DNA from: Diadema antillarum
Lineage: Eukaryota
Length of the DNA stretch: 64,000 nucleotides
NCBI RefSeq assembly: GCF_040938485.1
Contig: NW_027272231.1
Location: forward strand, 434,001 to 498,000
Reading direction: 5' to 3'
Positions 26,822-39,678 of the stretch are shown in pieces (the first letter of the stretch is position 1; every line of letters starts with the position of its first letter). The position numbers and the translations under genes were made by a program. The notes beneath the pieces are model-generated. The model did no database searches. It was not told where the DNA came from and saw nothing but the letters and a program-made list of their open reading frames with translations.

Positions 26822-29800
26822 CACACGCTCAGAGAGCGCACGACAATATTGCCAATTTTATAAGCAATAACAATGATATACACTTTTACTAATTAGAAAT
26901 TATATAAGTATATTTATCACAAATAATATCTCTATTTTTTATATATTGTTTATTTTTTGATAATCTTAAAAGATATTGGTTGAAAATCAAATTATTTATT
27001 GATTTTTTTTTTCAATCGTATATTATAATTGATTGCAAGAGCTGCAAGGGAGCCCCCCGCGGCACTGAATGGGCCAAAGTACCACACAACATGCATGCAT
27101 GCTACGTAGAGCTTCGGTAGTAGCTAGCTAGCTAATTACAATACACATCATCACATGCATTCAGTACGTACACGAAGCGATGAGCAAGGTGGGCCGGGTA
27201 GGCGCCGCTAAGTAGACGATCTCGCTCGGGGAACATGTATTGATCTTTGGATCCAAGACCATGGGGAATCAAATATGCTTTCATTCATGAGGGCTAGAAA
27301 TTGATCCGGTGAGCATTGATGCAAAAAAGGCCTTAGAAATGCTTCTCTTTTGTTTGAATCCTGAATCATTGAATTTCGAGTCTAGGTTGGCTGCATTCTT
27401 TTTGAAAGTTGCATGTATGAGTGGCGAACGAGAATGGAGTGTGAAATAGGAGTCTTTACTGTCGACACGACAGTCTGGCATCTATCTGTCATTGTAACTC
27501 GGTGGCAGTGCATTATTTAGGTTAATTGTGTACAGTGCCATGCCATGGTTTACCGGAACATGTTCGGAATAAAGGAGATTAAGTTCTGCAGTTCAATTAC
27601 ATCAGAACTTATGTGCACTATTTACTAAAAATGTGGGCGTTAATGACAAATGTACTTTCGTAGCCATGTCCTTCAGACCTTATCTTGGAAGTCGAATTCT
27701 GGATTAACCCACGTCGTGACTCGTGTGCTTTCCCATCCAGTAACCAACTGATTTCGACTGTTTGACAGAACCAAGTGTTGTTTATGCATGTGCTTTGGAA
27801 TCGGCTTCCTGGGCCATCCTGGCAGACGAATTCATTCGTTGTGACACCCTGCTTTGCAAAATCAAATCACGTGTTTACTTAAAGGCATAAAGCTGTTCTA
27901 CTCTTCTAGTGATGATTTACTAGATCTAACGTTAGAGTCTGCTGAATACTGTGCCACGACAAATTTCTGAATTGAAGTCCATAGGCATGATTGATGGTGC
28001 ACAACAACATTCAAGAGAGATCTTCAAATTGTAACTGTTAGTTATGTATGGTCATCTTGTGGGTTGGATGGCTGTGCCTGCAGGAGAACCAGTTTTGCAC
28101 TGTTGGATACCCTGCCCCTTTGCCCTGGACTCGTACACAAACCATGATGATTTTATAACGAAGTTTTATACTCCCATTCCAACTCCGGTCACAAGAGAAT
28201 AGAGAAACTGAAGCGTAACTGTAGAATAATTTGCTGCAAAGACACTCGTGTTGTAATCAATTTGCTCTGTGTTTGAATTTAGAGTTGACTTTATATCTCT
28301 CTACAGAAAGTGCCAAGATGTATGCCTCGTAAGTATTTTGATTCTTAAGAGGTTGTGTGTTTGGTTGCAACTGATGTCATGAGCACAGCTAACTTTGATG
28401 TGATAAATCATAAAATATGCTGCATCATTCATGATACACAATGTTGTATAACAATAATGTAATTTGGCTGTCAGTGCAATGGCATCTTGGCCAAGTCTTA
28501 ATGCTATGCTATGCGATGTGACATATTGCTTTGTGTACATTTGCTTGTGTGTGAAAAATGACTGGTTCTTTCATGCTTAAAATTAACTATACACAGCCCT
28601 GTCACTGTACAGAAGTCGCTCCGTGCTTTGCATGGCATCTGGTCTGGCTAACTTTAAATTTGCGAAGTGCTACAACTTTAGGGATTAATATGCAAACACA
28701 TGAAAATATCATAGTTCAGCCACAAGCATTTCATGTACTGTAAGTGATGTGTTGCAGGCTATCAACATCACTACAAACAAAACTATGCAGTGTTTGTTTG
28801 TTTGTTCTAGACAGATGAATCTCATGATATCTGAGATATTCAACCAAGTGATAAATTTATCTTGCAGAAAAGTTATTAAGCTATTACAGTATATGATTTA
28901 TGTGTAGATAGTTTACTAGCATATTATTTTGCTGTAGGGACATTTTCTTATGTGGTCAAAATTGCAATGAAGAAAAAAAAATCAACAAAATGAGATATAT
29001 CTTTAAAACACTTCAAGATTAAAAGTAAGTGATTTCCCACCTTTAAGATGATAGTGCATGTGTGTTATGGGAGGAAATATTTTCCATAGTTTCTTTACAA
29101 ATGTGTTGACTCACAGAATTTCTGATGATGCTAAAAGCACTGCAATATATGGCACATATGCAGTCATTCCCCACATCACTTTCACTCTTGTATTTTGTAG
29201 CCTGGGTTGCGGAGGCTTTTAACATTCCTTTTTACATGCAATGCACAAATGCTTCTTTTTTTTTTTCCCTGCTTGTTTTGGGGCATTTTTCCTTTCTTGA
29301 CAGTAATTTTTAGCATATGACATTAATTTAATTTTCATATCAACTGATGATGCAGATTTAAAAACATCTGTGTGGTATTATTGGAAAGACACGTTTTCTG
29401 CATCAAGCTACATTGTATGAAAGGGAAGAAAAATTTTCATCCCTGCTGGTACATTGTAAGTTCTGCACCATGCACCACCATTGCTTATTTGAAAGTGATT
29501 CTCCGTATAGAATCCCTCGAAACACAGCACAACCTCCAGAGGCTGTGCCATGTTTATCTTAGACACCTTGGAATCAATGGACATGGCACAAAGCATGAGT
29601 CTGGGTTGAGTCTAGCTGAGTCTGAGGTAAATGTCATGCTAGACAGCCTAGCTCAAGTCTGAGGTAACCTCCAGAGGTTGTGCTGTGTTTAAGGCAGACA
29701 CAGGGACTCTAAACAGTCACGGCGTAATCACAGCACACACTTCCAGTAACCGCCCGTCTCTCTCGAGGAGAAACGCACAGCAACTGGTTTCCTAAAATGG

Positions 29801-30849
29801 TATGCTGACTTCATGCCAGCTGACCAGGAACTCTAACGGGGGTTTCTCTCGTCTTGGATGGGTTGCCTCAGTTCTACCACTCGTTAATGTCTGCCATGTC
29901 TTCTAAAGGTTCTCTGGATTAAGGGGACTCTAAGTGGGATGTACAAAACTTTTAGAAGGCCATGCATGCTAACCCTTTGGACGTAGAAGATGGTCCCGGC
30001 CTTTGAGAGTAACAAAGCCACGTAAAGATAAATATGTACAGTGATGCTTTCAGATCAGTGCATTGTCCTGCCCATTTGGAATTAATTCAGCTTCATTAAT
30101 ATTATAGTTCAACATGATTATTGGTATCATTAATCATTAGTGGTGACATTGCTTTAGCAGGAGTGTTGCAGAAGTCCAAATGGGAAAGATTACCCATAGT
30201 ATATCAAACTGATTGTGGGGTAACATGGCAATCAGCTGTATCTGGGTCAAATTCATGGGGAATTTTGCACTGATGGTGAAATTGTTTAAGCAGTGTGATT
30301 TAATGTGCTTAAGGGTACCTTGTTTTCAGGGTTTGAAATGTTGACATCAGTTGTGGTAAATTGCACATTTCATTACTCCTCCAATACACCTACAAATATG
30401 TTTGTGATTGTGCTGTTAATTTGCTGATTTTCCAATTGGATTGATGTGATTTGCTGGTACGTGCCATTGAAAACTGGTACTGTACTATTCAGGTATGGCT
30501 CTGATTTTGTCTAGTACGGCATAGAGAAGATGTAAATAAGAAAAGCGTCTTGAGAACATTTAACACAAATATTTTCTTTTTTCATGCAATATTGCACAGA
30601 TGCATGTAATTAGATGGTTGTTGTTCCATCAAGTAGTATGATTTTCTTTTGGAAATTGTTCAGTCTATTATTGAAAAAATAGGATTTTCCAAACATTAAG
30701 GGTGACACATATCTCGGGATGCTCCAGTGCAGTAGACTATAAGACTCTTATTGCAAATGCAGTGAATAGGAACTGGCCTAATTTCTTTCATAGACACACA
30801 CTTTGAATTTAGGAAATAGGATTGAACCATGTTCTCCACCGACCTTTGA

Positions 30850-31155
30850 CAGAGACTCCAACCCCAAGCACCTTCTGATCTGGGGATTCTCCCGCTCGAA
30901 ACCCCTAGCAAACGGGAGACTCCAAGTTGATGTGTGTGAAGCGCGAACTTCCTAGGGTTCTAGACGTTCTCTGGTGCTATCTAAGGCTTATTTTTTTTTC
31001 AACATACGATAGCAATAAGTAAGAAATCCTTTCCACCGGGAGACACGGAGCCAGGGCGGGAGAAATCAAATCTCAAGCGGGAGAACGGGAGATTTTGCCA
31101 AAATAGGCTTTCGGCGGGAGATCTCCCGTCGAGAACGGGAGAGTTGGAGTCTCTG
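30850..31155. mobile_element. hAT-like MITE
   Basis: TIR cagagactccaac / gttggagtctctg, subterminal cgggaga repeats and flanking direct repeat ctttga (6 bp). Confidence 0.6.
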
Positions 31156-31170
31156 CTTTGAGTTGCCTTT

Positions 31171-34010
31171 GGGCAATTCCACGGTATGTAGGACACAGAT
31201 GCCGAAAATTCAAAATGATATTTGTTTCAAACACCATACATTTTCAGACAGTACTTGAGTTGAAGTTTTAAGAATCATTATGTTTTTCAATAAAAGCGGC
31301 CATTTTGATTTTCAAAATGGCTGGCAAAATATGCCTATAACTCAATGGTGAGAAAGAGTGTATTGTCACATAATTTACCCTCTGTATATCCACTTTACTA
31401 GTACTCTAAACAACAATCTTTTATATGTATGCAGTTACCAGACATGTCTTTTACCACATGATAGAAAGAACAAGCTGGTTGCTTTAAAGAATTTTACAAA
31501 AACTTTTAATTAGTTTGACAATGATGGATGTAACGTCAGTTACCAAAAACAAGGAATTTTTAACTTTATTCATCAAAGAAAGTGAGCTGTATGATGTAAC
31601 TTAGGATTTCTAATGTATGCCCATATGCCTTCCTTTCAATACCAGAAAATAAGGATACTTGGCATACTGGGAAGTCAAATGAACACATCAAAATGTGTAA
31701 CGTCAGTTACCGAAACGTCATATACCAGTATGTAACGTCAGTTACCATGACAGTAATCATAACTTAGGCAAATTTTTTAGACTTTAGGCCATTCAATACA
31801 CCTAGGAAGTCAAAGGTTATCAACAAAGAGCAGCAATCCCTTTGATAGGGAATGATGTCATCACCATGGTACACTGTATGTCCATGGGTACATTTCTTGT
31901 GGTTCATTTTATCTTATTTATTTTTTTTTTATTTTATTTTTTTTGGTGGAGGGGGCTAGAGCTTTTGATTTTCGGTTCAGCACAAGTACGGTTCAATCAT
32001 CTGGAAGTTTAGGTTTACCACATGCAATATATAATGCACTCAAATTACTATACAGTACATTCACAGTCCTACAGGATGATAAAGCTACCAAATTTGTAGG
32101 CCTAATCAACGATGTGGTTGCATGGTAACCACCTTTTTCTATCAAAAAGCTTGTGTACAGCTGTATACCAACAGTTTCATAATCTTTACTAATGACTACT
32201 TTTGCTAGCATTTTTCTTTTTTTCTGGAAGCTTAGTGAAGTTTCTACCTCAAGGCAAATGCAGGAAGAGATATATTTATTCACTTGCACTTACATTTATT
32301 TGTAAATGTTTGGTTTAGTTCATATGGCACTTCTTGAAATGGTACATAAGCAGGCCTGACATAAGGCATGTACTGTCATTACTGTTTGAAACTAACACTG
32401 ATGTTGCTCAACGTTTAACAATAATGTTGCTCAAAGTGAGAGGTGATTCTAAGGTAAAATAAAAAACTGTTCATATTTGTTGATTACTTTATTTCCTTCA
32501 TGCAGGGACATTTTTGTAATACATGATAATTATGGACAGGAAGATTCGTTTATATTGATCTCAGAATTCTTTCATTGCAAAGTCCTATTCCTTGGTATCT
32601 GGGATGTATCTGCAAGCCTTGATATACCAGTGAAAAGGAAAAGAAAAACAATTACATTCCTTCAAGCAAGGAATAAACAAATGCCCCTTTGACCAAAAAT
32701 GCATGCTTCTTCTTCACAGAAAAAAAATATTAAAAGTGTAACACTATTCATTTAAATCATTATTGATAATGGAGATCATTTTGTTATTTGTGGCCCTAAC
32801 AATGCCTTGAGGGAGAAGGAGTAAAATAAAGAAAAGAAGAAAGAATATATCACAGTGGATTTCACATGAATATTTTTATTTGTATGTGTTTTTTCCCCAT
32901 GACCTGAAAGATATGTTGTTGTTTTTTCACACACAAAAATATCTGTGTTTTGTGTAGTACTGCAGGGCATTATGGGTGGGGTACTCTAGATAGAAACTTT
33001 CCTGTTCATTAAAAACAAAACAAAACAAAAAAACCTTAGTTACAGATGTATGTCAATATTAATACTTGGAACTGCTGAATCTAAATGGCTCTGTGTAATC
33101 ATAACTGTTGAATTGATAAGCATTCAATCTTAAGACAAATGTCAAGAAATATCCCCTGGTGCATTTACATGATTTTTGCTCAACTGTGCTATGGCTTGGG
33201 GGGGGGGGGGGGGGGGAGCTTGCCCTCTAAGGGCCCCACCCCATTTGTGTCTTTAGATTTTGTTTTAATTTGTTGCTAAGTAAATGCCTGGGATTGTTAC
33301 TGGTATACTGCAGCAGTATAATAACCTGTTAAATAAGTTAGTTCTTTGTAAACCCCACAGCAAAAGTATGTGTAACGTCACTTACGTAACGTCAGTTACT
33401 GACATGTTTCCCTTTAAGTTTTCATTAAACACAAAGAAAATGGACTAATGTTTCATTTCATTTGGGTATTTGTAATTGATGAACCAACATATGATTCCAT
33501 ATCAAACAAATCACTCTGAAAGGTCAGAATTATAAAATATCACAAAACTATTCCCAATCATGATTTTCCATGTGTAAACCCTATGGCAAATGTAAGCGTA
33601 ACGTCAGTTACGTAACGTCAGTTACCGTCATGCCTTCACTGAAATTGGCATGGTGCTAAAAGGAAATATCTAAAGTGCACATTATTGTGCACACCTGTTC
33701 CCAAGAACCTAGGCACATTGCCATATAAAGCACATAAAGTTTAGAAGTCAGGGACATGAGATATTTCCATTTAAATCTACACCATAATTTCCTATGTCCT
33801 TTTTCCGTAACGTCAGTTACCGACACATTTTCACTTGCTATGTGATAAGAAATCCAGTTTGAGAGAAAAACTTTCCACCCATTTCTTCATTCTCGTGAAC
33901 TCATTCATCAATGCTAATCACAAGCCCCAGGTGCTTTCATTCACAAAACTACAACATAAACAATTTCAAGAAAATCCTTACGCGTAACGTCAGTTACCGT
34001 GGAATTGCCC
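31171..34010. mobile_element. Non-autonomous Sola2-like DNA transposon (2.84 kb, no ORF)
   Basis: 16-bp TIR gggcaattccacggta / taccgtggaattgccc and 4-bp target duplication cttt. GRG termini with a 4-bp TSD are the Sola2 pattern. Nine internal GTAACGTCAGTTAC-type motifs. Confidence 0.7.
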
Positions 34011-34172
34011 CTTTCTGTTTTTTGTAGATATTGTGTGGAAGTAGCACTTTTAAAAACATAAATAGTTCTTTTTAATCTTCTGTCTGAAAAGTATGATTTA
34101 AGATTATAACTAAAGCATTTCAGACTGAGGATAGTGTGACCATCATTGTTTCTTTGTGTGGTCTATTTGCAG

Positions 34173-35806
34173 ATCAACCAGGCAAGACGCCGAGAAGGAC
34201 GAGTTTGCGAAGGAGCGGGCCATTATGAATGACCTGGACGAGAATGGCTGGAGCCACATCCACCATGCCGCTCACCATGGCTACATCAAGTCCATCGAAA
34301 AGTTTGTTGGGGCCAGTGAGGACCAGCTGGAGTTCCCCACCAACGATGAGCGCCTCATGACCCCGCTGCTGCTGGCAGTGGAGAGCGGGAAGCTGGACAC
34401 GGTGGAATGTCTGGTGCGACTCGGTGCCGACCTCCGCTACCAGAATCACGAGAACCAGGGCCCCGTCGAGATCGCTGCCCTCAAGCAGTACATTGACATC
34501 CTGCACTTCTTCATCAAGCATGACCACAAGGACTTGCCTGTGTGGCCCAAGATGGTGAAGCTCCTGTCGTCGCACTCCGATGATGAAGCCGAGGCAGCGG
34601 GGAAGATGCTTGTGCTTCTGACCAAGCCAATAGACCAGGGACTGAATCCCAGCTGGGAGCCCCTCGTCCAAGTCAACGCCGTGCCCATCATGGTGAAGAT
34701 ATTCAACTCCATGATTTCTGACAAGGCCAAGTTGTACACATTCACCATCCTCCTCAATATCATAGAAGCCATGATCGTGAAGGAGCAGATTGTAAAAGCT
34801 GATGGTATCCCAACCACGCTGAAGATGCTGTCTGGCAAAGATAGGGAAATAGTCTATGCGTCAGCCTGTGTTCTGTGCCACTTAGCATCAGTTAAGGAGT
34901 TCATAGTGCAGATGTTCTCACATGGGGCAATTCCTATACTGGTCAAGTTGTGGCAGACAAGTAACGATATAGATATTCTTGTTCAAGTCACAGAAACACT
35001 TGCTTTGATTGCAAATGCTAACCCTGAATATCAGCAGACCATAGGAACATCATCAGGGGCAATAACATCGGTGGTCGGACTATTTGAGAATCGAACCTCA
35101 AAGGCTCTGCTCCTCGCTCTGACAAGAGCGGTGAGCAACATTGTCAGGCAAGACACGAACAACCAAGACCTATTTGTAGATGAAGGAGGATCATCGGCAT
35201 TGATTTCACTCGCCAATATGAGGCATAGTGAAATCCAGCTGAGTGCCATCACTGCCATCCACATGTTGGCCCAGGACAACCCTCACACACAGAAGACCAT
35301 CTTAGAGGAAGGTGGGGTCATCCCCATCATGCAGCTCTTGAAGCGAAGCGGGGCCCCAAACGTCCACGTCTGTACCGCCAGCGCTCTGTGGGCACTCGCT
35401 GGTGAAGACGTAGACGAGCAGCGTTCCATGGCAGGCATGATTGGCGTGAATCTCCTCATCGACTTCCTCAACGCTCAGGCTGAAAATGATATTCTCCACT
35501 ACATTGGGGCAGAAGGCCTAGCCGTATTGGCCCAGGGACCCCTCAACAAGCAGGACACCATCGCCAACGCTAACGGTGTGCAGCCACTGGTGAGACTTCT
35601 GCGATCGCCCAAGGAACACATAGTCCTCAGCACGATCAGGGCACTGCGGCACCTGTGCATCGGCATAGGCTTCATCCCGCACACAAAGAATCAAAACACT
35701 ATTCTCGGGGCCAGAGGCATACGCTACCTCGTTGCACTCATGGTGCACTCCAGAAATGAGCTGGTCAAAGTAGAGTCTGCCCTTTCATTGGGATATTGCA
35801 GCGTTG
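34173..35806 (+). CDS. ANKAR: ANKAR-like, first identified coding exon (1634 nt; ankyrin repeats then armadillo repeats); 5' end of gene lies upstream
   Basis: Within ORF 34156..35814. Ankyrin motifs GWSHIHHAAHHG and TPLLLAVESGKLDTVECLVRLGAD are followed by ARM-like repeats (GGVIPIMQLLKRS..CTASALWALAG). Acceptor ctatttgcag ends 34172; donor G|gtgagt at 35807. Phase 2 in, phase 1 out. Confidence 0.88.
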
Positions 35807-36390
35807 GTGAGTGATTTTTGCCTTTGTCCAAATTAGTCCATTGGAATGATGGTCTGTTTGAACTGTATAGGCCTTTTCCCACTCAAGTAATTTCTATCTG
35901 AAATTTTGGGAGGGTAGAATACGCAAATTGTGTTTTGTTTTTTACACTGGAACTCTCTAACCTTTGGTATCTTGACACCAAATTCCAATAAATTTTCATG
36001 GTAGAATTCAGCTCGGGCGTCCTCTGCACGAAAGTTTATCTCAGAGTCATATGCAGCGGGCTTATTGTGTCCCAAAGGAGGTACAGTTGAAAGTGATTGA
36101 AAGTCATTTACAGACGCATTTCAGTGTCACTCTTTACTATGTATATGTGTCTGTGTGTGTTTTTGTTATGAAGCTGCCAAAAAACACAAAATGATTAAAA
36201 TGTATGATAATTTTGATAATATCTTCAAAAATATTTCTTGTGTGTAATGATTGTAGTATCATTGAGAGATTTAATTTTTCTCTGTTTGATTATGGCCTTT
36301 CTCAAAAAACTTCGATAATGGCATTTATCTGTTTTTGCATTCAAACTCTGTCATATTTTCTTGCCAAACAATCACTTTCTCCTCAAATAG

Positions 36391-36635
36391 GAAACCCTGA
36401 GGTGATGACTGACATCAGCGAGAATGGGGACTTTGATTACATCCACATCCTGAGGCGCCTCCACTCTGGTGACAAACTCGTTCGGCTCCTGGCTGGGAGC
36501 GCCTTGGCGGCCTTTGCCTACAACAACGTGGCTCAGCAGCGGGAGATCGCGGAGTCTGGGGGAATCCGCTACCACTCCTTTGTGCCATTCCTGGAGTCCA
36601 GTGATGAGTTTTTCCGCTGCAATGCAGCATTTCAG
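36391..36635 (+). CDS. ANKAR: ANKAR-like exon (GNPEVMTDIS...CNAAFQ)
   Basis: Acceptor ctcctcaaatag, donor CAG|gtttgt. Phases 1/0 join in frame to both neighbours; ARM-like sequence. Confidence 0.88.
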
Positions 36636-37016
36636 GTTTGTGATTACCACTCTCTTTGGCTTGAGATGTAATGTGCAGGGCAATTGCCAGATTCTGCATC
36701 CCACAATTGGGGCAATTCTAACTTACGTAAAACATCTTAAGAAATTTGATATCTAGTGAGCAACCATTTCACAGCTTCACACTTCGTGGTCATCTGAGAA
36801 TGGGTTTATTATTTCCATTATTGTTGATAATAACTGCAGGGATGGCATCTTGATGGTGTACTCTCATCAGTATTAAAATGACTCAAAGGTTTGTGTGGGT
36901 TTGTAGGAATTGTGTTCATGAAGTGCCTCTGAAGTGTTTGAAACTATGAGGCATAGCTGAGTGGGTCTCTTTTAGTTCACAGGTACTGTGTGTACACAGT
37001 TCCTACCAACCCTCTA

Positions 37017-37056
37017 AAAACAAACAAACAAACAAACAAACAAACAAACAAACAAA
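37017..37056. repeat. (AAAC)n microsatellite
   Basis: Direct reading. Confidence 0.9.
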
Positions 37057-37236
37057 CCTGTGAGTCATCTATTTTATAAAATGGGTAACAAATTCTTAAA
37101 GATATAGCTAAACTGTGTGCTGACTGTAGTTTATCAGATGCATAGGAAAATCATGCATCTTGTACTTACTGGATGCATGGTTATGGAAAATGGCATGACT
37201 CTAAGGAAAATGTGTATGCAGTCGGTGAGAAAAGAT

Positions 37237-37446
37237 TACCGTAAAACGAGGAATGTTTGCGCGCATTTTAATTTCGCGAATTTCGCGAGAGCCAACATTC
37301 GCGAAATTAAAATGCACGCGAAAATTCTTGCCTACACAATATGCATTGGATGGCTGCGGCAATTTCGAAAATTTAATGCTGCGAGAAAGGCTGTCAGCTC
37401 CAATTAGCGACATTTTCATGTCACGAATATATCATGATTTACAGTA
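37237..37446. mobile_element. TA-flanked MITE family A (ANKAR intron)
   Basis: taccgtaaa...tttacagta with tttcgcgaa repeats, in reverse orientation to 2744-2947. Confidence 0.7.
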
Positions 37447-37565
37447 CATGGCAATTGACCAATCAGATTGCGAGAATTCCCCAACCCGTTTTGTAGCAGT
37501 CTTTCTTTTCTGTGCATGATCTATGAGATGACCTTGCTTGACACAACCCTCCTTTGTCACTCCAG

Positions 37566-37722
37566 GTGGTTATCTTGGCCCGCATCATCCCAGATGAGGA
37601 CCAGGCCACGACATCGGCCATTGGCATCAAGCTCCTTGTGGACCTATTGGAGCAGTCTCAGAACCCCATCATCCTGGCTCTTACGGCTGGTTGTCTGGCC
37701 AGACTCGCTCACACCAGAGCAG
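37566..37722 (+). CDS. ANKAR: ANKAR-like exon (VVILARIIPDEDQ...LAHTRA)
   Basis: Acceptor gtcactccag, donor CAG|gtaaaa. Phases 0/1. The joined AAFQVVILAR resembles the ANKAR C-terminal region as I recall it. Confidence 0.88.
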
Positions 37723-38807
37723 GTAAAAGAAAGTAGTTCAGAATATTAAAGCTTCAGGATCCCATTTCATTCAGTATGTTTGCCGTCATCCCAAGTTACA
37801 TTGATGCAGATGCCATAGCAGCAATGAATTACAGGATTCCAGGTGATTGGTTGTTGGACAACAGCTGATGTTTTGACTGTATTTATTGCAATTTGAGGTG
37901 ATTTACAAAATGGAGCTTAGAAACAGAGAGGAGAAAACAAAAACAAAAACACACAAACATAACCACCACCACCACCACCACCACACATATTGAGAAAAGA
38001 AGGAAAGAAAGAAAATTTAGATACGAGTTGACCACAGTTATGCCTAAACCAGCAAAATATCATTTCTCCTAGATGTAAAGGGACAGTAAAAGCCTATAAT
38101 GGTCATACAGAGAGGGGAAGGCATGATTCACTTGATTATAGAAACATTTTACGGTTTAAATGTGGCTCAGAATGACAAGTAGTCTTGTAAAAAAAGACAT
38201 TCCAGAGGTAGTATCTGCTCTATGGAAGCACCCACAATGTTTTGCATATAAGTGAAAATGTAGCGTAACAGCATACATAAAAGATCAGTTTAAACTACAA
38301 ATGTGTTCTGAATAGTCAGGGCATTGCAAGCTTTTCAAATGGAAGGATCTAGTTTATCACTGCTCTATTGTACAGGTAGTGCTACTTTTGTGTGGTTTAT
38401 ATTCACGTCATGTTATATAGAGAACCAAAATATATATTCTCATATCAAAGTGTAATATAAAGTGGATGGAGAAAAGTGTAGATTACTCAAGACTACCAAG
38501 TGTTGCTACCACATACTGGAAACATGTAAGTATAAAGATTAACCTTGTGGGTCACACTTACAAATCAATGCTGTGCATTGTGTATTATGGATTGAGGTGT
38601 CTTCCATTGTTTGCCTGTTTGTGTTGAATAAATGATGCTAACATCACATGTTCTTCGAGTGTTTTAGCAAAGTACACACGAGATTGACAGTGTCGCTGGC
38701 AGTTGGTATGAAAAGAAAAAAAAGCTTTTTATCCTTGTCCCCCCTCCTGTATGATGCTTTTGCATTTTATTTTCTTGCAACAAACCTGCCCCTGTTGATG
38801 CTTCTAG

Positions 38808-38955
38808 GTGTTCCAGCAGCAGTGGTGTCCATTAGGTCTGTGGACATCCTGTGTCAAATGATGCTGGCGGAGAATGAACAAGTCCGGGGATCAGCAGCCA
38901 TAGCTCTGGGCTACCTCAGCTACAACCACAAGGCAGAGAGGCAGCTTCTGAACAA
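38808..38955 (+). CDS. ANKAR: ANKAR-like exon (GVPAAVVSIRS...RQLLN)
   Basis: Acceptor gcttctag, donor AA|gtaggt. Phases 1/2, in frame. Confidence 0.87.
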
Positions 38956-39517
38956 GTAGGTCCAAGCATGCACGGCTCTCGGCAAATATCACAGCAAGCA
39001 ATGCCAGAATTATAGATTTCAGTGCATTTTTGAGAATCTCAAAGTGCTTGTTGCCCTGCACACTCATAGCCTTAATTTCAATCAAGAGATCTTACAGGAA
39101 TGTTTGACAGAATACCAATCAGTTTGTATGTATCATCACTCTCAATTGAAATTTAAACTGAAATGTTGCCCAGAGGAGAGAATTCTTTCCAATTCTCAAA
39201 ATGTAAGAGAACATGTCAAATCCAGTGACATGTTTCCCACATTGCTTTTTTTTTTTAAAACCACGAGTATATAATTTACAGTTTATCTTGTTTCCACAAT
39301 GATGTGAGAAGAGGTTTACTCTAGGTAATGTAAGAAACAACTTGCCCCTTGTGTCACCAGACAAAAATGACCTCTGTAGATCTTGAATATTTTATTTTTT
39401 GCACTTATTCATGTTGCATGAAATGTGCAAAAAATTTCCACTTTTACAGTATTCTAAAACTTGAGTGATGTTGTCAGTGCGCGCATCTCTTGTAATATCT
39501 ACACTGTATGTTCACAG

Positions 39518-39638
39518 GTGCAGGCAAGACCCGTATCTCTTCAAGGTGCTTCGATACTACACTCAGAACTATCGGCTATCTCCAGCCTTCCTGGAAGCCT
39601 GGAAACACTACCCAACACATTGGTCTCCCTCCCATTGA
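39518..39638 (+). CDS. ANKAR: ANKAR-like exon carrying an apparent +1 frameshift at 39611-39613
   Basis: Acceptor tgttcacag, donor GA|gtgagt. As assembled it reads CRQDPYLF..WKHYPTHWSPSH*. Removing one C gives ..WKHYQHIGLPPI(E) and the phase needed by the next exon. Confidence 0.78.
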
Positions 39639-39678
39639 GTGAGTGTGGTATATACCCATGGCATTTCAAATGTGGATA

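Noticed and set aside
27240-28300. Coding-like patch (minus-strand VTTWVNPEFDF etc.)
   Set aside because: Multiple stops in all frames and no family motif recognised. Possibly a decayed TE, but unassignable.
31530-33997. Recurrent 14-bp repeats, and the 62-kb array, as CRISPR-like arrays
   Set aside because: Eukaryotic context, irregular spacing or near-identical spacers, no cas genes, and both are explained by transposon structure.
34174-36704. Several minus-strand ORFs (e.g. 34174-34671, 34446-34838, 36372-36704)
   Set aside because: Antisense shadows of GC-rich ANKAR exons.
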